DNA of 64,000 nucleotides from Octopus sinensis (taxonomy: Eukaryota), in assembly GCF_006345805.1 (NCBI RefSeq), contig NW_021831826.1, forward strand, positions 275 to 64,274. Direction: 5' to 3'. Below, piece by piece: positions 1 to 11,197 of this stretch (position 1 is its first letter; every line of letters begins with the position of its first letter). Made by a program: the position numbers and the translations under genes. A model generated the notes under the pieces. It ran no database searches and was not told where the DNA came from. It worked only from the letters and a program-made list of their open reading frames with translations.

Positions 1-47
1 TTTATGCGTGTTTCCTTGGATTGAATCTGTGTAGGTGGGCATGTTTA

Positions 48-750
48 GGCGCGGCTGTGTGGTAAGACGCTTGCTTCCAGATCTGGTTTCGGGTTCAGTT
101 CCACTGCGTGGCACGCTGCGCACATGTCTTCTACCGTAGCCATTGGACTCTCAAAATCCTCAGGAGTGGATTTGGTAGATGGAAACGGAAAGAAGCCCGT
201 CGTGACTATTCTTTTACTTGTTTCAGTCATTTGACTGCGGTCATGTTGGAGCTCCGCCTTTAGTCGAACAAATCGCCTATTACTTTTTTATCAGTTTCCT
301 TTCCAGAACCGCTAGGTACAGGGGACGTAAGCACACCAACATCGGTTGTCAAGGGATGGTGGAGGGACAAATATAGACACACAAATACACACACATAGGA
401 CGGGCTTATTTGTGTTTCCATCTATGAAATCCACTCAAAAGACTTTGGTCGGCCCTAGGCTATAGTAGAAGACACTCAGCCAAGGTGTCTGGCAATGGGA
501 CTGAACCCGGAACCATGTGTTTCTTACTCTACGGACACTCCTATACCTATATATGTCTGTCTGTATGTATCAGTGTGTGCGTGTGTCTCTGTGTACGTGT
601 TTGTCCCACCGCTTGACGGCCTGTGTTGTTGTGTTTACGTTCCGTTAACTTAGCGGTTCACCAATATACTCCAATAAAATAAGTACAAGGCTTAAAACAT
701 TAAGTACTGAGGTCAATTAGTTCGACTCAAAACTTCTCAAACCAGTGGCA
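48..750. mobile_element. Nested SINE pair: SINE family A (+) split by an antisense family A copy (~205-548), U1
   Basis: + head AGGCGCGGCTGTGTGGTAAG...GGTTCAGTTCC (Pol III A/B-box-like) at 48-203, a full antisense copy at ~205-548, and the + 3' half resuming at ~549-750. Confidence 0.8.
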
Positions 751-1129
751 TCTCTATATATGCACATAATCCTTTCCAAGCATTTTCGTTAAAGGAATTG
801 TTCGTTACCCGAGTAATTGAAATACATACAAATAGAAGAAGAAATGTGTTCCATGCCCTCCCCAAAGCCACATAAAAGTATATATTATACCTTAGCGTTG
901 ATACAAAAGAAAATCATGTAAAAGGCCGTATGTAGTGTGACTGCTCAGTTTGGTTTACAACTAAAACACCGGCTGAAACAGAAAAATGTGGTGGAGAAAT
1001 TGCGTATCAAAGGTGATATGAAGTGGTTGATCATTGAGCGGAGGGACATAAATTATAACAGATAATGATCAAGCAAAATATTTAGCGTTATTCAAGAACA
1101 TTCATTTTATAATTTATAATATAAGTGTG

Positions 1130-1494
1130 GGTGCAGGAGTAGCTGTTTAGTAAGTAGAGTGCTTACTAACCACATGGTTCGGGGTTCAGTCCCATTGCGT
1201 GGCGTCTTGGTAAATGCGTCTACTATAACCTCGGGCCGACAAAGCCTTGTTAGTGGATCTGGAAGACGGAAACTGAAAGAAGCCCATCATGTGGATGTGT
1301 GTGTGAGTTTGTGTGTCTGTGTTTGTCCCCGACCATCGCTTGACAACCGATGTTGGTGAGTTTACGTCCCCGTAATTTAGTGGTTCAGCAAAGAAGACTC
1401 ATAGAATAAGTACAAGGCTTACAAATAATAAGTTCGATTAAAAAGGTGGTGCTACAGCATGGCCGCAGTAAAATGGCTGAAACAAATAAAAGAA
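1130..1494 (+). mobile_element. tRNA-type SINE family A, near full length (U1)
   Basis: GGTGCAGGAGTAGCTG...GGTTCAGTCCCATTGCGTGGC...GACGGAAACTGAAAGAAGCCC-(TG)n...CAGCATGGCCGCAG. Confidence 0.82.
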
Positions 1495-2291
1495 CGGTGC
1501 AGAGTTGTTACAAATATGCACAAAGTCTCTTAGAGCTGTTTCTAGAATAGCTAAGCATGTTATTGAGTAAAGAATTCCATCTGAGCAAATCATTCCGTTA
1601 TTGGAGAAAGAAGAAGAAAATGCAGAAATGCATAATATCCTTTATCGAGGATATTATTCGTTGCCAGTCTTTTGGGAAACCATGGAGTTCTCAGATAAAT
1701 GTGTTGGGTATTTTCGTGATCGAAGAGTTAGTAAAGTTTCCAGGAAAGTCCCTGGCAAAAGATAATAGAAGTTAACAGTTGCATCTTTGAATAGAAAGTG
1801 AATCAGTTTTGTAAGGCCTTGGAAGAGTCTATTATTAGGCGAATGAGAAATACATGAGAGTATATAGAGATTAGTCTATATAGTGAGGGTGTGTTTGACT
1901 TGGGGGTTAAGGGGATGCATGTATACACATACATGCATACGGACAGAGACATACATATATACACACGCACTAACATATGCACACACAGACGCACACACAC
2001 ATACATGCAGTGGCATATTCCCATTGATATACACGCAGTCAGATACACACAATTACGCGGCCATACATACACATGCATACGTATGAGTTTAGAGATGGAC
2101 AGATAAATGTCTGTTTGCACACACAAGACACACACACATACAAATTCTCGCATAGTCATCGTATATAAGTATAGAGAGTTAAATTAAATTAGGTCAGTAG
2201 AGGAGAGAGAGGAGAGGATTGTTTAGTAATATTAGGATGAGAAAAAGCAGATGCAACAACGCCAGTCACCTCATTGTATATTTGTCTACCA

Positions 2292-3728
2292 ATGTGGGCC
2301 AGAGTGATTAAATCGCCAAACTGGAAATACCCAGGACTGGATAGGGTACAGGATATTGGCTGAAAATTTCCCCATCACTACACAGAAGAATAGCCAAGCA
2401 AATATATAAATTATCAACAACGGAGTACAAATCCCAAAGAGGCTGACCACAAGTAAAACAATTCTTTGCCAAAAGAATCCCAACTAAGCAATACAGTGGA
2501 TAATTGCCGGCCTATCACCTGTCTGCCCCTCATGTGGAAGTTGTTGAAAGGAATAAAATCTAATTAGGTGTATAATTTCCAGGAATAAATTACAAAGAGC
2601 CAGTGGAACAGAAAGGGTACAGAAAGAGACAGTTACAGACTAATATGGTTTCAGAAAGGAAAATGAAACGGGAGACACAGTTTGTAAGCAACTGCACACG
2701 GTCAGGCATTCATAACTAACTAGATAAAAGCCAAAATAGACATGATGCAACACTCACGGATAAGTAAATGTTTGAGTATATTCAGTATTGCAGACAATAC
2801 CAGAGACTTAATTAGTTACAGCAATAGTGCAAAGAATCGGAAACAGGTGACACTGCCTTAGGAAATGTTAATATCGGGCGAGGAATTCTCCAGGGAGACA
2901 CGTTATCCCCATTAATATATGTGTTATGCTTAACTGTCGTCAGTTTAGTACTAAGAAAGGCAAAAGCAGGGTATCAGTTCAGAGATGATAAAGGGAATAT
3001 TAATCATTTGCTCAAGATGGACGATTAGAAGCCTTTTGGTTCCTTAATACGAATTAGAAGACTCTGCAGCAAAGATATAGGCATGGAATTTGGCATAGAT
3101 ATGTGCGCAACATCAGTCATAAAAAAGGGACAGGTAGTCAGCAGTGAAGGCCAGATAGCAAGAGAGTAAAATCACTGAAGGGAGAGAATCATAAGTGCTT
3201 CGGAGTATTAGAATCTGACAGTGTACTAACAATAGAAATAAAAAAAAATAGATAAGGAGTACATCAGAAGGGTGAAGAAGCTAATGAAGGGAAAGCTAAG
3301 TGTTCTAAATCTAGTAAAGGTTGTAAAAACTTTGGGAAGTATGGTTACTTCGGTTTTCAGCAGAATTGTTGATTTGAAAAAATCTGAATTACCAATCTAG
3401 ACAGAAGAACAAGGAAGGAATTCAATATGAATGGAGGACTTCAGCCTCGATTAGGAAGAGCAACATTGCACTTACTTAGAATAACGAAAGTGGAAGAGGT
3501 TTAATATAACCAGAATGTAGCGTAGAGTTAGCCAGAGTTGATATATATAATAGTGAAGAAAATCTATGATTTGCAAGAGTTATAGTAGCAGATAGGAAAG
3601 GAAAAAGCCATATGAAATTAAAACCAGAAAAATAAGGGAGAAACTGACATGAGAATGTTTTGCATGATCGATTGGCGAAGATAGTTGCAGGAAATAGTAA
3701 TATTGAGGGAGAAAGAGTTTCTAAGCAA
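2292..3728 (+). mobile_element. Decayed R4/Dong-like non-LTR retrotransposon RT remnant (U1)
   Basis: My manual translation across frameshifts gives KSPNWKYPG..GYWLK, NCRPITCLPLMWKLL, GRGILQGDTLSPLIYVLC (QGD at ~2891), INHLLKMDD (~3017) and SKDIGMEFG. These match RLE-clade (R4/Dong-type) RT motifs. Many stops. Confidence 0.88.
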
Positions 3729-4250
3729 CATCTTGATAGTGAGGTCGGACTTATATTTCGGAGATATCTATGAAAATTAACATCCACATCATCTGATGTC
3801 ATACAATAATTATTGTAGATGTAGGTTTCAGGACTAATGAATGCCTATTACTGGATCATTTGCGCTATCAGCCCTGTCGTAAGCATGTGAGACAATGATA
3901 TTCCATTGTCTCACACCCTACCGTCTTAACCACGGAAAGAACACAACACACTTTGCGATGTAAGGAAATCGACGGGATGATCATAACCGAAACGCCTATG
4001 ATCATATTCTTGTCATCAGTGAACAACAAGCATTCTTTACAAGCAACTGAAATATATTCTGGGACACGAGGAAAATTCGTCGGGTTTGCAGTTTAGTAAC
4101 TCGAGAGATGAGATCGTATCTTTGAGCAGATATGACCATCCCAATAATCGATAAAAACAATGGCGTTTGTTTTAGAAAAGCGTCAAGTAGATAAGAATGG
4201 GTGTTGCCAGGACATATGAAAACTAAAATTTTGGTAATATAATAGAAGTC
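3729..4250 (+). mobile_element. 3' part of the same putative PLE remnant fused to the LINE remnant (U1)
   Basis: Homologous to 15807 onward. Paralogs at ~12365-12885, 22036-22600, 26765-27285, 41129-41650, 50322-50840 and 62058-62575. The right boundary is uncertain. Confidence 0.45.
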
Positions 4251-4920
4251 GAGGACACATGAAACCGTGGTTAAGGGTGCTACACACGATAACAAGCTCG
4301 TGATTTCAAATACAGGACCGAGAGATGTATGGCGCGCAAGACACTTCATCTCATGTTACACAGCGACCATTTCAACACTTGACGTGTAGGAATGGTGAGT
4401 AGCTGGAAAATAGTTTTATTTTCCGGATATTAAAGAATTTCAGCCAATCACATATATCAAGGGAAAATACTGCCACTCTCGTTTAAAAAAGAAAGGAGAA
4501 TTATTACAACAGGGTATTTCATTCAGTATGCTTATCGGATAGCACCTGGAACGTTGGACAAAATTAGAATATTTAGATAAGTGGATAAAATTGATTTAAT
4601 TTCTGTTAAAAATCCAAACTGAAATAATATTTGGAGCCGGCGTTATAAAGGTAAATAATTTTCTTACTTTTCTTTTAAGATTTTACATTTATATATACAC
4701 ACACATATATATGATTTATTTTTTCCCTCTCTCTCTATCTTTCTATAAATATGAGACTTAATAAAATAACGTTGTTCCTGACGATCATTTTTCGGTGAGT
4801 ATTTGGTTCCAAGCAAAAATAACATAGCGGATCGGCAAAAGTGACCAATAAAATCACACATACAAACATATATACACACACACACACACATTTATATATA
4901 TATATATATATACATATATA

Positions 4921-5078
4921 CGAGGGGCTTCTTTCAGTTTCTGTTTACCAAATCCACTCACAGGGCTTTGGTCGACCCGAGGCTATAGTAAAAGACACTT
5001 GCCTAAAGTGCAAAGCTGTGGGACTGAACCAGGAACCATGTGATTGGTAAACAAGCTACTTACCACACAGACACTCCA
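4921..5078 (-). mobile_element. SINE family A 5' half, antisense (U1; paralog ~42325-42478)
   Basis: Reverse complement of the SINE-A head: ...GGGACTGAACCAGGAACCATGTG...CTTACCACACAG. Confidence 0.8.
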
Positions 5079-6933
5079 AAGCCTATATATATATATATAT
5101 ACATATATATACATATATATACAAACGTACATAATTGCACACATTCACATGCACAAACATGCACAGGTACACTTACAAACCCATGAAAGGCAAAGGGGAC
5201 TTCGGTGGGAAAGGAACTCAGAACGCGAATAGCCTACAGAAACGCTGAAAAGCAATTTGTAAATTTGTGTACAGGCATTGTGTACAGGCATTGCCGACTA
5301 TTTTGCTTGGATATTCTTGTTTAATATTATATTTTTAAGTTAAGCTCTATACTTTTTAAGCGAACAACTTATTTTTTCATTCGAAAGTCCTGCGGGGATG
5401 GGAAGGTGACGAAGCATTCAGATCTGAGGTGGTGGAAGCATGTATTTAGTGGTATACAAGTGTCCTATGTGTTTTTGGTTGCATGTGTACTTAAGCAATT
5501 GAATTCAGGGAAAACCCTGCTCACCTAGAGACCGGAGACAATGCTATATAACTAAATGGATGGGAAGATGACAACTGGATGTCCTCTGATCATAGCTTTA
5601 CTCAATCAGGAAACATTGGCTTGTGACGCAGATATGTTTATAATGTTTTCCATCAAACACCTGGAAATAGCTGCGAAATCTCATTCCAATCACACACTCT
5701 TATTTTACACAATGGAGGACATGGTTGCCAATGTTTGAATAAAAACATTAGTTGGTTATAGTTGGAATGCCTTTGTGTAAAATTACGATCAGTCAGGGCA
5801 AACAACAACGTCGACAACAACACCCTAAGTAAAACACACACAAAAAAAAACAAAAAAATATGTACCTAAAATTGGCCTCGTTCTCAGGCTGTATCACCAC
5901 ATCAAACAACGCAATTTTCTGCGTCAGACTTTCTATCATTACATGATACAACGCCATATCGTTAGCTGACAAGAGACATCACTTAGGAGTAACGCTCAGA
6001 TCTTTTTCGGGATCCATGATAATTCAATGGGTGTTGCTTCAGGAAAACGCCTAGTAGATAAGAAGGATTTCTGGCATGCTGTCACGCCTACATATGTCAT
6101 GTACCATGTTCAATAATATAATTGGTGTCCACGCTGCTAATGTGTTGAATTCACGATAGCGAGATCTCGGTTTCAATTCTCGTAAAGGGACTTGTATTGC
6201 GTTCTTAAGCAAAACACCTCATCTCATATTACTTTGCGTCGTGTAGGAATGGTGAATTTCTGGAAATTCCGGATATTAATGTTCAGCGAATCCCATACAT
6301 CGACAGAAAATACTGACACTGCCGTTAAAAAACCCCACACATAACGGGTTATAACAAATGTGTACTTCGGTCAGTATTCTTATCCGATACAAGTCGCAAA
6401 ATGATACAATAAACTGTCATGAGGTAATAGAATATTCAGATAAGTGGATAAACCTTGTCTAATTTGTGTAAAAAATTAAAACTGAAGTCATATTTGGAGC
6501 CGGCATTATCGAGGTGAATCAATTTTTGCTACTTTCCTGTTAAGATTTAAAATTAATATATATACACACACATATCTACGCTGGCGAAAGTAAATCTAAG
6601 ACCAATGATAATAGTCCTATTTCTCACAAAATATTTTGTTACTAAACCATACAAATTACCTCTATCTTTTACACCTTATGCAGAATTCATTTCTCTTTCG
6701 AATGATGCAGACAATAACTATTTTTATACAACTTGAAGAATGCATGAAAGTACTTGTTCAATCAGAGTGGATATTTTATATTCTATCGCTTCATTATGTT
6801 ATCTTATCTTATCATATATTATTCTTATCATATATTATTATAAGATTGTAAATAAATCATAAAAATCAAAGTTGGAATTTCTTTCAGTAATATATTCTTC
6901 TATACACAAGCATACACACCTGTGTATATGTGC

Positions 6934-7007
<74 letters not shown>

Positions 7008-7221
7008 GGTAAAAGAAACGCAATAGTGGCCAATAAATGATTCGGACAGATAGACAATAGAAAGCGGACAGGAGAAACAACGATTAGAAGGACAGGCATA
7101 ATAGACGGCTCATTCGTGGCTTTCTTTCCTCAGTCAAGTCCCACAAGACACGACCAACTCGGGCAGTTACACTTGAGACGGTTCGATCTGTTTGCCCCAC
7201 TAAAAGTCTCTCTCTCTCCAC

Positions 7222-7312
<91 letters not shown>

Positions 7313-7315
7313 TAT
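6934..7315. repeat. Two (TA)n microsatellites (6934-7005, 7225-7315)
   Basis: Direct reading. Confidence 0.95.
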
Positions 7316-7776
7316 GTGTTTGTGTGTGTGTGTGCGTGTGTGTGTGTGTGTTGTGTATGTGCGTGTATTCATTCGTCTTTTTTCCTCCTCTCACCAATAA
7401 GGGGTTCAACACCCGCCACCGACCTGCGCTACCCACCCCGTCTACTTCAGCTTGTCCGAATTTTTCATGCAACCATCAACTTATATTTGTGAAAACGAGA
7501 CATTTGCGTCGTTGAAAGTAAGCTTCACAAGTATCATAGCACTTGCAGACAATCACTAAAACAAGGAGCCACACCAAGTGGGAAATTCCGTTTTAACCAG
7601 GGATATATGTACAATTGTTCCGAGTATAAATTATTTGATAAACAATCCACTTGACAAACAGTAATTAAGTACACTTTCAATGTAATTTTTAATACGGAAT
7701 AAGCGGGATAAGAAGAAATAGGTGTAGCAGAGAGTCGCTGAGGAGATCACAGTATGTGAGACGGAAGAATTTATAC

Positions 7777-7778
7777 TA

Positions 7779-7827
<49 letters not shown>

Positions 7828-7838
7828 TAATAATAATA

Positions 7839-7876
<38 letters not shown>

Positions 7877-8148
7877 TAATAATAATAACAACAACTACAA
7901 CAATAATAACAGTCGTTCCTACTATAGGCACAAGGCCTGAAATATTTTGGGGGGGGTGAGTTAGTCGATTACATAGCCCCTAGGACTTAACTGGTATTTA
8001 ATTTATAGACCTCGAAATGATGAAATACCAAGTTGACCTCGTGGAAATTTGAACTCAGAAACTAATGATGGATGAAATACTACCAAGCATTTTGCCCGGT
8101 GTGCTAACGATTCAGCCAGCTCTCCGCCTAAATAATGATAATAATAAT

Positions 8149-8179
<31 letters not shown>

Positions 8180-8203
8180 TATTATTATTATTATTATTAT
8201 TAT
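7777..8203. repeat. (AAT)n tracts (7777-7910; 8131-8203, switching to (ATT)n)
   Basis: Direct reading. Confidence 0.95.
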
Positions 8204-8985
8204 CCTGTCTTTGGAAGCACAAGGACAAGTCCATTACATCGAACCCAGTGTGTAATTGGTACTTAATTTATCGTCCCTGAAAGGATGAAAGACAAAGTCG
8301 ACCTTGGCGGAATTTGAAATCAGAACGTAGTGAGAGATGAAATATATATTTTTTAACTACCCACGAGGGGCTAAACACAGAGAGGACAAACAAGGACAGA
8401 CAGACAAACGGATTAAGTCGATTATATCGACCCCAGTGCGTAACAGGTACTTATTTAATCGACCCCGAAAGGATGAAAGGCAATCTCGACCTCGGCGGAA
8501 TTTGAACTCAGAACGTAACCGTAGACGAAATACTGCTAAGCATTTCGCCCGACGTGCTAACGTTTCTGCCAACTCGCCGCCTTTGGGCAGACGAAATACT
8601 TCTAAGCGTTTCACCCGGCGTCCCAAAAACAACCACAACAACGACAACAACAACAACAACAAAAATAACAACAACAACAATAAGAATAAGAATAAGAATA
8701 TTAATAATAATAATTAAGTGAATATCAAATATATATTGCGCGTGTTTCATTGGCAACAGACGACCATCTCCAAATAGAAGAATTTCTGTTTTAACACCCA
8801 ATTTCAAAAATGCATGAATGTAATAATATTAAATATTAAGTAGAAATATTCCGCCGAGGTTGTCTTTCCCTTTTATCCTTTCGGGGTCGATGAAATCAAT
8901 ATCAGTTATGTACTGGGGTCGATGTAATCAACTTACTCCTCCCCTGAATTTGCTGGTGTTGTGCCAAAATTTGGAATCAATATGT
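7912..8985 (-). mobile_element. Cluster of SINE family B copies (mostly antisense), including a young copy at 8345-8582 (U1)
   Basis: Repeated GACCTCGGCGGAATTTGAACTCAGAACGTA...CTAAGCATTTCGCCC..CGTGCTAACG..TCTGCC (reverse complement of a tRNA-like head, B-box GAGTTCAAATTCC). A sense fragment lies at ~8845-8985. Confidence 0.82.
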
Positions 8986-9130
8986 AGGAGAAATAAAACA
9001 AAACACAGCATTACTAACTAATGGACACCATGTTAATGGTTTTAACAAATTATAAAGTGAACGGCTTGGAGAGTGTTTCATCTTCATGCGTGTTTCCTCG
9101 GATTCAATCTGTGTAGGGGGGGCGTGTTTA

Positions 9131-9850
9131 GGCGCGGCTGTGTGGTAAGACGCTTGCTTCCAGACCTGGTTTCGGGTTCAGTTCCACTGCGTGGCACACT
9201 GCGCATATGTCTTCTACCGTAGCCATTGGGCTCTCAAAATCTTCAGGAGTGGATTTGGTAGATGGAAACGGAAAGAAGCCCATTGTGACTATTCTTTTAC
9301 TTGTTTCAGTCATTTGACTGCGGTCATGTTGGAGCTCCGCCTTTAGTCGAACAAATCGACCCTAGGACTTAACCTTTGTAATCCTAGTACTTTTTCTATC
9401 AGTTTCTTTTCCAGAACCGCTATGTTACAGGGACGTAAGCACACCAACATCGGTTGTCAAATGATGGTGGAGGGACAAATATAGACACACAAAACACACA
9501 CACACATACGACGGGCTTATTTGAGTTTCCATCTATGAAATCCACTCACAAGACTGGTCGGCCCTTGGCTATAGTAGAAGATACTCAGCCAAAATGTCTC
9601 GCAACGGGACTGAACACGGAACCATGTTTCATACTCTACGGCCACTTCTATGTCTATATATGTCTGTCTGTATGTATCAGCGTGTGTGTCTTTGTGTCAG
9701 AGTTTGTCCCACCGCTTGATGACCTGTGTTGGTGTGTTTACGTTCCGGTAACTTAGCGGTTCACCAATATACTCCAATAAAATAAGTACAAGGCTTAAAA
9801 AATTAAGTACAGAGGTCAATTAGTTCGACTCAAAACTTCTCAAACCAGTG
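9131..9850. mobile_element. Nested SINE-A pair, U2a
   Basis: Same arrangement as 48-750. Confidence 0.78.
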
Positions 9851-10241
9851 GCATCTCTATATATACACATAATCCTTTCCGAGCCATGTTCGTTAAAGGA
9901 ATTGTTCGTTACACGAGAAATTGAAATACATACAAATAGAAGAAATCCGTTGATGCCACTCCCCAAAGCCACATAAAAGTATATATTATACCTTAGCGTT
10001 GATACAAAAGAAAATCATGTAAAAGGTCGTATGTAGTGTGACTGCTCAGTTTGGTTTACCACTAAAACACCGGCTTGAACAGAAAAATGTGGTGCAGAAA
10101 TTGGGTATCATGGGTTTAAGGTGTGGTTGATCATTGAGCGGAGGGACATAAATTATAACAGATTAGGAGCAAGAAAAACATTTAGCCTTTTTCAAGAACA
10201 TTCATTTTATAATTTATAATATAAGTATTGTGTGTGTGTGT

Positions 10242-10279
<38 letters not shown>

Positions 10280-11197
10280 TTTTTGTGTCTGTGTCTGTCC
10301 ACCACCATCGCTTTACAACCGATGTTGGTGAGTTTACGTCCATGTAAATTAGTGGTTCAGCAAAGGAGACTCATAGAATAAGTACAAGTCTTATAAATAA
10401 TAAGTTCGGTGAAAAAGGCATTGCTCCAGCATGGCTGCAGTGAAATGGCTGAAACAAATAAAAGAACTGTGCAGAGTGGTTACAAATATGCACAAAAAAA
10501 AGAAAATGCGGAAATGCATAATATCCTTAATCGAGGATATTATTCGTTCCCAGTCTTTTGGGAAACCATGGAGTTCTCACATAAATGTGTCTGGTATTTT
10601 CGTGATCGAAGAGTTAGTAAAGTTTCCAGGAAAGTCCCTGGCAAAGGATAATGGAAATTAACAGTTGCATCTTTGAATAGAAAGTGAATCAGATTTGGAA
10701 GGCCTTGGAAGAGTCTATTATTGGGCGAATGAGAAATATATGAGAGTATATAGAGATTAGTCTATATAGTGAAGGGGTGTTTGACTTGGGGGTTAAAGGG
10801 ATGCATGTATACACACACATACATACAGAGAGAGACATACACATACACACACGCACTAACATATGCAAACACACACAGACACACACACAGACACATATGC
10901 AGTGGCATATTCCTATTGATATACACACAGTCAGATACACACACTTACGCGGCCATACATACACATCCATACGTATGAGTTTAGAAATGGACAGATAAAT
11001 GTCTGTTTGTACGCACAGACACACCCTCATACAAATTCTCGCATAGTCATCGTAGATAATTATAGAGAGTTAAATTTAATTAAGTTATTAGAGGAGAGAG
11101 AGAGAAAGAGAGCGAGAGGAGAGTATTGTTTAGTAATTAAGGACGAGTAAAAGCAGATGTATAAACACCTGTCGCCTCATTGTATATTTGACTACCA

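Larger units (their letters stand above)
1..9082 (+). repeat. Unit U1 (short type A)
   Basis: Co-linear with 37361-46508 at offset ~37,360. Has one internal module copy and type-A-only segments at ~7020-7117 and ~7375-7570. Confidence 0.93.

Noticed and set aside
45-230. Recurrent 61-aa ORF MTETSKRIVT... (also 9128, 37405, 46476, 58897)
   Set aside because: It is the antisense reading of the SINE-A head and insertion junction. It recurs only because the unit is duplicated.
1130-1215. tRNA genes suggested by A/B-box-like motifs
   Set aside because: No cloverleaf; the motifs continue into SINE bodies.
1557-1775. Protein-like frame ...EKEEENAEMHNILYRGYYSLPVFW...
   Set aside because: It has stops and a deletion in half of the units. 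The vague resemblance to a retroelement linker is too weak to name.
3960-4030. Possible hammerhead ribozyme (GATGA...CCGAAAC; TCATCAG nearby) in the PLE-like 3' region
   Set aside because: No CUGANGA core precedes stem II on the strand carrying GAAAC. CTGATGA occurs only on the opposite strand, and CTGATCA is too close to GAAA for a type II fold. At best it is a decayed relic.
5264-5292. 13-bp tandem duplication TGTGTACAGGCAT x2 in every complete unit
   Set aside because: It is an ancestral micro-duplication copied with the unit; no evidence of function.
5380-6110. Long low-stop frames around 5520-6050 (paralogs ~17270, 31800, 42900, 55130)
   Set aside because: Different frames are open in different copies. 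The faint RTE-like C-terminal similarity is not convincing, so it is left unclassified.
6838-7894. ORFs rich in YI/IY, HT, CV, poly-I, poly-N or poly-Y (also ~13800-15500, 18548-19826, 28373-29015, 33277-34708, 42385-42814, 63524-63712)
   Set aside because: They are translations of (TA)n, (CA)n and (AAT)n microsatellites, not genes.
8337-8807. ORFs of ~100-126 aa on both strands (also 45771-46235)
   Set aside because: They lie within SINE-B copies plus (AAC)/(AAT) repeats.
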